Below, piece after piece: positions 17,808 through 24,867 of a stretch of DNA of 32,000 bases. This stretch comes from Horticoccus luteus (GTDB taxonomy: Bacteria > Verrucomicrobiota > Verrucomicrobiia > Opitutales > Opitutaceae): assembly GCF_019464535.1 (NCBI RefSeq), contig NZ_CP080507.1, positions 2,340,001 to 2,372,000 on the forward strand. Reading direction: 5' to 3'. Every line of letters begins with the position of its first letter. Within the stretch, counting starts at the first letter, position 1. The position numbers and the translations under genes are program-made. The notes under the pieces were generated by a model. That model was given only the letters and a program-made list of their open reading frames with translations. It ran no database searches and was not told where the DNA came from.

Positions 17808-17835
17808 GCGGCAATGCTGCATTGCCGCAATGCGG
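17808..17835 (-). promoter_or_regulatory. Candidate operator of TA module 3
   Basis: gcggcaatgc-t-gcattgccgc is a perfect 10-bp inverted repeat abutting the antitoxin ATG. A third overlapping half-site ccgcaatgcgg follows. Confidence 0.5.
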
Positions 17836-17868
17836 TTCGCAAGCCTCGCGCGGCGATAATTTGGCCCC

Positions 17869-18084
17869 CGGATGCGTCGCGGCGTGGACTTCCTTCAACT
17901 TGCGAATCGAGACCTGCGCGTAAATCTGCGTAGTCGCGAGCGAGGCATGCCCAAGCTGCTCGTGGACGTGGCGGATGTCAGCGCCATGCTCCAGCATGAG
18001 CGTCGCGCAGGTCTGGCGGAACAGGTGGCAACTGCCAGACTTGCCCACGCCGGAGCGCGCGACGCAGCCGGTGACGGGCGGCTG
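17869..18084 (-). pseudogene. C-terminal fragment of a XerC/D-like tyrosine recombinase (copy 2)
   Basis: [67 protein letters not shown]. It has the same 5' junction ([18 protein letters not shown]) as copy 1. Confidence 0.8.
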
Positions 18085-18292
18085 CAAGGCTGATCCGCGG
18101 GTGTTTGAGTGCCGAAGGAGCATGCGCGCCGCCGCGAAAATAAGTCACGCCGATAGATTTCCCGATCGATCAGACGGTGCAACGCGCCGGGGTATTCGAT
18201 GCGCAACCTTGGAGCCATGCATGACTCCACTCACAAGCCCGTCGGCTCTCAAACAGAAAACCAAAAAACACGGCCACTCCCTCTTGGCTCGG
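17884..18292 (-). repeat. R1 composite repeat, copy 4 (long form)
   Basis: It is collinear with 14232..14638 and carries the transposase remnant PRLRIEYPGALHRLIDREIYRRDLF. An extra 28-nt partial copy of the same motif follows at about 18298..18325. Confidence 0.9.
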
Positions 18293-18385
18293 CCCCCCCC
18301 CGATCGATCGGATGGCGCAACGCGTTGTTCTTCATTTCTGGCAAGCGGCATCCCCGAGGCTTTGGCTGGCTCGTGCGGGGTCACC

Positions 18386-18907
18386 TTATCCCTGCTTTCG
18401 AGACCACAAATCCACTTCTCCGGAGATGTGCTTACTGAAGTCCACCTTTACGCGAGCGCCCCACGGCGGATCGGCAAGCTCAATCGCATTAACTATCCAC
18501 TCCAATATCTTTTTACGCTCTTCTATCAGACGTGCATCATCACGAACTTTTCGCGACCTCGACTCAGCAATTTTATTAATCTCATCCAAAGCCAAATCCA
18601 CCTTTCCTGAAGCATAATGCGCTGCTGCCAAATGCATCGTATCGACCATAATCGCTATTGCTATTCGGTCATCGTCATCATGCCTAGCCAATCTTGATTC
18701 CAACACCCCTTTCCCGTTTTCAAGCAAGCTAACTGCTTCGGAAGCCGATCTCGCACGCATCGCCTCGTCGATAATATTATCGTTATATGCGATCCAAAGC
18801 GGACGAGCATCTAGTCTCGTGACCCCGTTCTCGTCGCGCTTTGCGCACCCTGCCGTCATGAATTGAATAAGCAAAGTCAGTATAATTATCTTTATTATTG
18901 TATTCAT
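18386..18907 (-). CDS. Lipoprotein, immunity candidate for the truncated toxin upstream
   Basis: Lipobox LIQFMTAGC. The gene is AT-rich, and its start overlaps the upstream reading frame's stop in an ATGA. Confidence 0.6.
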   Translation of the reverse strand: MNTIIKIIILTLLIQFMTAGCAKRDENGVTRLDARPLWIAYNDNIIDEAMRARSASEAVSLLENGKGVLESRLARHDDDDRIAIAIMVDTMHLAAAHYASGKVDLALDEINKIAESRSRKVRDDARLIEERKKILEWIVNAIELADPPWGARVKVDFSKHISGEVDLWSRKQG

Positions 18908-19233
18908 CTCTCGAGAGCCAATGACGACGCCCAGTACCTCATTTTAAGTACTCGCTGCGCTCGATTTACAGCATCGATGCGATTTAGAAAAACAGCATTT
19001 CCGTCGTAATCGCGCACGGGGGTATTAACAAATCTTACATGATCTACATTCACTTCATTATTCTTTCGCGTGACAATCTCAAACTCAAGGGTCGTGTAAG
19101 CACGCCAAGGGCCGGATGCCTTGTTTAGCATCCCAGCCCTTGTATTTGCAACTGAAAAAAACCACCAAACCTCACGTCTTGAATATTGACTGCCGCACGT
19201 CGAGCAAGGCGCTAGGCGCGTTGCCGCTCTGCG
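18904..19233 (-). pseudogene. Probable C-terminal toxin-tip remnant, 5'-truncated
   Basis: The frame is open from 19233 (preceded by a TAA at 19234..19236), while the listed ATG is at 19131. Composition is AT-rich. It is translationally coupled to the downstream lipoprotein gene. Upstream it abuts R1 copy 5 with no Rhs core present. Confidence 0.45.
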
Positions 19234-19261
19234 TTACCGTCCTTCAGTAGGGCCCTCGTAA

Positions 19262-19403
19262 GGATATACCAAGGGAGGACTGGCCGTGTTTTGTTAGTCG
19301 AAGTGTTTTCGGGCATGGTGGAGATATTGGCACAGGGCGGCTGCATGGCGAATCCCTAGTTGGTTGGGGTGCCGAAGCAGCATGCCCGCCGCCGCGAAAA
19401 TAG
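19262..19403 (-). repeat. R1 composite repeat, copy 5 (short form, truncated at the junction with uxuA-derived sequence)
   Basis: ggatataccaagggaggactggccgtgttttgttagtcgaagtgttttcgggcatggtgga...gccgaagcagcatgcccgccgccgcgaaaata parallels 12421..12563 of copy 2. Confidence 0.85.
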
Positions 19404-19620
19404 TCCACGAGATGCGCGATGACGTGTGAAGCTCCTGCCTGCTTCGCGAACGCGAAGTTTTCCGGCGTGAGCATGTGCTTGTAGAGACCTAAACCGAGTT
19501 TCATGCGAAGGAAGTAATCAAGGCCGGCCGCGACCGCTTTCGACCGGCCCGAGATAACTCCGTCTCATTCCGCCCGTGTCGATCAAGATCCGCTCGATCA
19601 CCACGCCCGCCGTCATCCGC
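19380..19620. repeat. Right copy of the 241-bp direct duplication
   Basis: See 11171..11411. Its first 24 nt could derive from either uxuA or R1, because the two share that sequence. Confidence 0.95.
19404..19504 (-). pseudogene. Duplicated 5' fragment of uxuA (first roughly 34-40 codons)
   Basis: It encodes [36 protein letters not shown].. and then runs into R1-derived sequence. Confidence 0.9.
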
Positions 19621-22600
19621 CAGATTTTCAAGACGTGCTCACCGGGACGATCGACTTGGATGCGCGCGGTCACGCGCTTCACGCCGTCGCCCACCGCCTG
19701 CTCCCATTCGTGATCGGTCGCCGTGAGCCCCAGTTTGACCGGCGCCGGCGGCTGATCATCGAGCGACACGGCGAATTCCCGCGGTTGCCCCGGTTGAAAG
19801 TCGAACGTCGGCGCGCACTGCAGTTCGACCACAAATTCGCCCGTGGAACGGAAGAAGACGTCGTAGTCCAAACGCGCTCCCTTTCCCAGTTCGTCCGCCG
19901 ACGCCGTCACCGGCCATGTCGTCACCCCGCCCAACATTCGTCCAAAGTCAGGCAACACTTTCCACGTCGCGCCATTTGCTCCCTGCGCGCGAGAAAAGTT
20001 CGGCGCCTCAATCGCCACATGGCCGTCGAGTTCCACGAAGCCGTGCCCCGTCACAGGACGGCAGTCAATCGGCACCTTCACCACGATCGGCGGCTCTCCG
20101 CCGTCGCCGCGCACCGTCAACGTGGCCTCCTGCACGCCAGGCTTCAACGCCGACCAATCCACCGACACCGCCACGCGCACATCCGGACCGAGGTCGCCCT
20201 TCGTCACGCTGACCTTCAGCCACGGCGCATTCGCCTCGATCGAAAAATGCACCGGCGCGTGTCCGCGGTTGAAGACATCAATCCATCGCCAGGCCGGCCC
20301 CCAGGGACTCAACGGCGGAAGTTTCGCCTCCGCCGGAATCGGATAGTCGCCCGGCCGCGCCGCCGGATCGCCTTCAACGGCGACACCCAGTTCGCCGCGC
20401 TCCGGCACCTGCAACTCGGTGACCGCGGGCATCGCGTTGCGAATCGGTTGTTGCCACGACGTGTAGCCCAGATGCGTCTGATCCATCATGTGACGCCACT
20501 TGCCGTCGAGCATCGCGTCCCACTGCGCCGTCAGCGCGGCATCCTCAGCGAACAGCGCCCTCGCCCGTGCGGCCTCCGCATTCGTCGAAGCGCGCCCTTG
20601 CACCGCATGGAGGCGGTTCCGGCCCGCCGTGATGACGAGCTCATTGACGATTCGGCACGCTTCGATCGGCTGCTGCACCAACTGGAAAAACGCCGCCCGA
20701 GCCTCCGCCGGCAGCTCCTTGCTCAAAGCTCTCGCGCGCGCCTCCAAACCGCGCCACTCCGCCAGCACGCGTTCCGCCTCGTCGTAGTTCACGAGACTAA
20801 ACGTATCCGGTGCGAGCATCTCCGGCTTCCGCCGGCCATTGAGCTTCGTGTAACCGTTGATCAAATCCGCCACCTCATCGGCCGCCGTCGCGCCGAACTG
20901 CCGCGCCGCCCAGGCGCGCGCATAGTCGCCAAGCTGGTGGTAGCCGATCGCCTCCGGCCGCCACGCATACGTCAGGAAGAATTCGATCGGAAACTCCATC
21001 GGTTTCAGGTCCCCGACATTGACGATCCAAATCCGATCGGCGCCGTAACGCCACGCCAGGTGCATTTGCTCCCAAATCTTGGTGAGCGGAATCGTGTTCA
21101 ACCATTTGTAGTTCCGCGGATCGCCCACGTAATCGAAGTGATAGTAAACTCCCGCCCCACCGCGGCGCGTCCGTTCCGCTGCGGTCGGCAGACGGCGAAG
21201 ATTGCCCCAATTGTCGTCGCACCAAAGCAGCGTGACATCGTCCGGCACGCGCATCCCGTGTTCGTAGTAGGCCTGCACTTCTTTATATAACGCCCAGAGC
21301 TGCGGGACCTCGGCGGGCGGACGTCCCATCGTGTCGCGAATGATTTTGCGCTGATCCGCCACGATCTGCTCCAACAACGCAACGTTCGTCCCTTCCGTCA
21401 TCGCCTCGTCGCCGTCCCCGCGCATGCCGATCGTGATAATGCTCTCGAAGTCTCGGTTGCGCCGCAGTCCGTCGCTCCAGAATTTGCGCAACGTCTCGCC
21501 GTTGGTCGCGTAATTCCACGCACCGTGGCCGTGGCGTTTCCACTCCTGCTGCGCCCGCAGCATCGGCTCGTGGTGCGACGTGCCCATGACGATGCCATAC
21601 TCGTCGGCGAGGCGCGCGTTGTCGGGATCATCCTCATTAAACGCGTTGTTCCACATCGCCGGCCACAGGTAATTCGCGCGTAACCGCAGCAGCAGTTCGA
21701 ATACGTGCGCGTAGAACGCGTGGTTCAATCCGCCAAACTTCTCCTTCGCCCACCCCGTCAGCGCCGGCGCCTCGTCGTTCAGAAATATGCCCCGGTATTT
21801 CACGGTCGGACCCGGCTCCACGATGCGTTCCGCCGAAAGGAAAATCTCGTCCTGCTGCGCCACCGGCACGTCGGCCCACCACGCCCACGGCGAGACGCCG
21901 ATCCGTCGCGAAATCTCGTAGAGTCCATAAATCGTGCCGCGTTTGTCGCTGCCCGCGATCACGAGCGCTCGTTCCACGCCCGGCAGCGGCCGGTCGACGA
22001 CTTCAATCTGAAACGCCTCCCACCGCCCGCGAATGCCCGACACGTCGAGCTTCCCATGCGCGACCAGCTCATCGATCAGCGCACTTCGTCCCACCGTGCC
22101 TGCCAGCACCACGGTCTTCGCCGCCGGCAGAGTTGTCGTCAAAACCGGCGTCTTTCCCGTCGCGCGGCCGATGTCTGTGCGCAGATCGCCGGCGGCCCGA
22201 CGCACGCCTGCCCAATCGCCTTCCGCGACCACCAACGGAGTCGCGACGCCCCGTTCCACCAGCGAAAAACGCTTCGCCGCCGTCGTTGAAGAACGCGCGA
22301 CCGGGCCCGCCGTCAACGCCGCCGCCAATCCGGAAAACGTGAAGAACCCGCAACCTTGCCGACGTAGTTCCGCGATGATCGCCGGCAATTGCGCGCGCGT
22401 TTCCGCCCGCCATTCGTGAAAGAGAATCACCGAACCATCGCGAACGTCCGTCGTTGCCCGACGATAAATCTCCGCCGCAGTCACCGCTCGATCGTAGTCC
22501 TGTGAAACGACTAGGTGTCTCGGCACATAAACCGAGAGTCCCGCCCTGGCCGCCGTCGCGCGCACACGATCATCCGCCTCCAGAAACGGCGGCCAATACC

Positions 22601-22976
22601 AACGCGGCGCACTCCCCAGCGTCGACGTCAGTAATTTCTGCGCGCCGATGATTTCCCGGTCCAGCGCCGCATCGTTGAGCGCGCCCGGATGCGAGTGCGT
22701 CTGCGAGTGATTGACGATTTCGCAGTCCTGCGCGGCGATCGCGCGCGCTTCGGCCGGGTTTTCCTGCACGCTGTCGCCGACCAGCGAGAATGTCGCCGCC
22801 ACTTTCTCTTTCGCCAACAGCGCCAGCAACGGTCCGGCATCCTCGGGCCGCGGACCGTCGTCAAAGACCAATGCGACGCGCTTGAGCGGCGCGGCCGCCA
22901 GGGACGCGAGGCCGCACCACGCCAAACCAAGCAGCACCGCGAACACTCGGCCCCATGAACGCCACCGCGCCGTCAT
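19518..22976 (-). CDS. Bifunctional CE4 polysaccharide deacetylase / GH115 xylan alpha-glucuronidase
   Basis: N-terminal NodB motifs VALVFDDGP and NHSQTHSHP. GH115-type blocks YRGIFLNDEAP, NYLWPAMWNN and GTSHHEPM (recalled from memory). Signal peptide MTARWRSWGRVFAVLLGLAWCGLASLAAAP. The ATG at 22976 overlaps the GH10 stop in an ATGA. Confidence 0.8.
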   Translation of the reverse strand: MTARWRSWGRVFAVLLGLAWCGLASLAAAPLKRVALVFDDGPRPEDAGPLLALLAKEKVAATFSLVGDSVQENPAEARAIAAQDCEIVNHSQTHSHPGALNDAALDREIIGAQKLLTSTLGSAPRWYWPPFLEADDRVRATAARAGLSVYVPRHLVVSQDYDRAVTAAEIYRRATTDVRDGSVILFHEWRAETRAQLPAIIAELRRQGCGFFTFSGLAAALTAGPVARSSTTAAKRFSLVERGVATPLVVAEGDWAGVRRAAGDLRTDIGRATGKTPVLTTTLPAAKTVVLAGTVGRSALIDELVAHGKLDVSGIRGRWEAFQIEVVDRPLPGVERALVIAGSDKRGTIYGLYEISRRIGVSPWAWWADVPVAQQDEIFLSAERIVEPGPTVKYRGIFLNDEAPALTGWAKEKFGGLNHAFYAHVFELLLRLRANYLWPAMWNNAFNEDDPDNARLADEYGIVMGTSHHEPMLRAQQEWKRHGHGAWNYATNGETLRKFWSDGLRRNRDFESIITIGMRGDGDEAMTEGTNVALLEQIVADQRKIIRDTMGRPPAEVPQLWALYKEVQAYYEHGMRVPDDVTLLWCDDNWGNLRRLPTAAERTRRGGAGVYYHFDYVGDPRNYKWLNTIPLTKIWEQMHLAWRYGADRIWIVNVGDLKPMEFPIEFFLTYAWRPEAIGYHQLGDYARAWAARQFGATAADEVADLINGYTKLNGRRKPEMLAPDTFSLVNYDEAERVLAEWRGLEARARALSKELPAEARAAFFQLVQQPIEACRIVNELVITAGRNRLHAVQGRASTNAEAARARALFAEDAALTAQWDAMLDGKWRHMMDQTHLGYTSWQQPIRNAMPAVTELQVPERGELGVAVEGDPAARPGDYPIPAEAKLPPLSPWGPAWRWIDVFNRGHAPVHFSIEANAPWLKVSVTKGDLGPDVRVAVSVDWSALKPGVQEATLTVRGDGGEPPIVVKVPIDCRPVTGHGFVELDGHVAIEAPNFSRAQGANGATWKVLPDFGRMLGGVTTWPVTASADELGKGARLDYDVFFRSTGEFVVELQCAPTFDFQPGQPREFAVSLDDQPPAPVKLGLTATDHEWEQAVGDGVKRVTARIQVDRPGEHVLKIWRMTAGVVIERILIDTGGMRRSYLGPVESGRGRP

Positions 22977-24781
22977 GGCAGCACGATGCGCCAACGCGCG
23001 CGCTCGGCCGAGGCCGGCAACGCAAAGACGTGCGTGACGCGTTTCCCTTCACTTTCAACCGTGACCACGTAATCGCCCTGGAACCCGCGCTCGGCCCAGC
23101 GCCCGGCGCCGTCCGTCTCGCCTGCGAGGTGCGTCCGCCACTGCGTCAAAACCAAGTCGCGGTAAACCTTCGCGTTGGGCTTCTCGCTCCAGTCCGCGCG
23201 AAACATTGCCGCCGACGGACGCCAATGTGCCGTCTCCCAGAAACCCCAAAACTGCACGCCGACCACACTCGGGTGGCTGAAACTCAGGATGAGAAAATCG
23301 CGCGTGAAGTCCGCCTGCAGCTCCTCGTCGTTCGTCCAGACGTCGAACTCAGTCATGCGCACGGGCAAATGAAACTCGTCCCGATAATGATCAAGCACCG
23401 CTAGAATATTTTCCGGCGCATTCGGATGGCCGTTGAAATGCGCCTGCAATCCGAGTCCGCCGAGTGGCGCGCCGTGCTCGAGCAGATAGCGGGCGGTGCG
23501 CTCGAAAAACGCCACGTGCGCGGCGTCGGTCGTGCGGTCATGGTTGGAAAAATCGTTCAGATACAAGGGCACACCCGGAATCTCTTCGTGCGCGACCTTG
23601 AACCACTCCGGCATGATCTGATCGCCAAACACCCGCATGAGGTCGCCGTTGGTGAACGGTTCATTGAGCACATCCCATTCGTCAATGAGTCCCTTCGTCG
23701 CCCGCGTGATCTCGCGCATGTGATCGACCACGAGGCCGGGAATCTCGCTCTGCCGGTCAGTGCCGAGGCGTTCCTGAATGCCGCGCGGCAAATTCTTTTC
23801 TCCCGGCCAGACGAGCACGTGACCACGCGTGTGGAAGCCATGCGCCTTCAACCAGCGCAGTCCCGCCAAGGTCTGTGGCCGGGAAAAATTGCCGTCCCAT
23901 TCGCCGAGCCACACCGGCCACTTCAAGTCATTCTCGGTGCTCGCGGAATTGAAGAGCTCTTCCCCGATTTCGCGGTAACGCAGGTTGTCGGGCGTATCCA
24001 CGACGAGGCGTTCCATTTGCAACGCCGTGCCCCATTGAAACGCGGACCGCTGCTGGTCAACGTGCACGCGCGCCCGCGGAATGGGTTTTCCGCCGGAGTC
24101 GACGACCTCGATCGCAAAATCGCTTTTGCGCATCCGCTCAATGCGCGCGAGCGCCGCCTTCCGCCACGGCGCATCCGCCTCGCGCCCGGCGTAGGTGAAC
24201 CGCGTGCGCGGCAGCGACGCGAGCGACTGCGTTTGCCCGTAATAGACGACATCCAATCCGCCAATCTCCAGCGTCTGCGGTTCGAAGCCAAAACGAAGCA
24301 TGATCGCCGCCTCGCCCGCCGCGAAGTCCTCTTCAAACGCAAACGGCACCCACACTTCCTGCCATTCGTGACCGAAATTGTAGTCGCACTCGAAGCTGCT
24401 GTTCCACGCCACGCCGTTGCGCCGCACCACGACATAGACCCGCGCGCCACCCGTCTCGTCGGAAATCTTGGTCGCGCGCGCGAAGAAGTGCAGCAACGCC
24501 ACGTCGCCCCGCTTCACCACGCGCGCCGTTGTTGCGCGAAGTTCGATCGAGTCCAGGGGCGACTCCACCAGCGTGGCCACGGACCAGGCGCGAGTGAACC
24601 CTGGGCCATTCACGTCCACCTTCGAAAAACGCACGTGGTCTTTCGCCGCCGGTTGCGTGCGCAAGGAAAACGCATTCATCGCATCGCCCGCCAGCAACGG
24701 TTCCCCTGCCGGCAGCGCCGTCTTTGCCTGCAGCGCGCAAGCGAGGGCAAGGAGCGGGAGGAGAAAGCGCGGCAAGTTCAT
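22973..24781 (-). CDS. GH10 endo-1,4-beta-xylanase with an N-terminal CBM-like domain
   Basis: Signal peptide MNLPRFLLPLLALACALQA. WDVLNEP (acid/base region), VRMTEFDV (nucleophile region) and GVQFWGFWE are present. The listed ORF start at 25297 is an artefactual extension into the GH3 gene. Confidence 0.85.
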   Translation of the reverse strand: MNLPRFLLPLLALACALQAKTALPAGEPLLAGDAMNAFSLRTQPAAKDHVRFSKVDVNGPGFTRAWSVATLVESPLDSIELRATTARVVKRGDVALLHFFARATKISDETGGARVYVVVRRNGVAWNSSFECDYNFGHEWQEVWVPFAFEEDFAAGEAAIMLRFGFEPQTLEIGGLDVVYYGQTQSLASLPRTRFTYAGREADAPWRKAALARIERMRKSDFAIEVVDSGGKPIPRARVHVDQQRSAFQWGTALQMERLVVDTPDNLRYREIGEELFNSASTENDLKWPVWLGEWDGNFSRPQTLAGLRWLKAHGFHTRGHVLVWPGEKNLPRGIQERLGTDRQSEIPGLVVDHMREITRATKGLIDEWDVLNEPFTNGDLMRVFGDQIMPEWFKVAHEEIPGVPLYLNDFSNHDRTTDAAHVAFFERTARYLLEHGAPLGGLGLQAHFNGHPNAPENILAVLDHYRDEFHLPVRMTEFDVWTNDEELQADFTRDFLILSFSHPSVVGVQFWGFWETAHWRPSAAMFRADWSEKPNAKVYRDLVLTQWRTHLAGETDGAGRWAERGFQGDYVVTVESEGKRVTHVFALPASAERARWRIVLP

Positions 24782-24867
24782 CGGTAAGTAATATTCGTGG
24801 GGGCGCGCGCGACTGACGGAATGCGGCGAGCAAAGATTGCCAGGATTTCGAGGGCAAGCCCGTCGCC

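Noticed and set aside
18293-18301. C9 homopolymer next to R1 copy 4, and a T8 run at 14786..14793 inside the 125-aa lipoprotein gene, as possible phase-variation tracts
   Set aside because: The C-tract is non-coding, at a repeat junction, with no adjacent start codon or promoter that I can identify. The T8 run would only alter the last roughly 25 residues. Both are short for slipped-strand switches. This could not be tested without population reads.
11412-19379. Classical integron
   Set aside because: There is no intact intI, only two identical C-terminal Xer-like fragments. I could not identify attC-like imperfect palindromes with GTTRRRY core sites at unit boundaries, and the units contain several genes plus terminators. 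A cassette-like logic is retained as a hypothesis, but not as an integron.
11412-19403. Could the recurring R1 repeats be a CRISPR array?
   Set aside because: The repeats are 140-400 bp, not 28-37 bp, and contain protein-coding remnants. The spacing is irregular (about 1.05, 1.9 and 3.65 kb), and the 'spacers' are genes. No cas genes are present.
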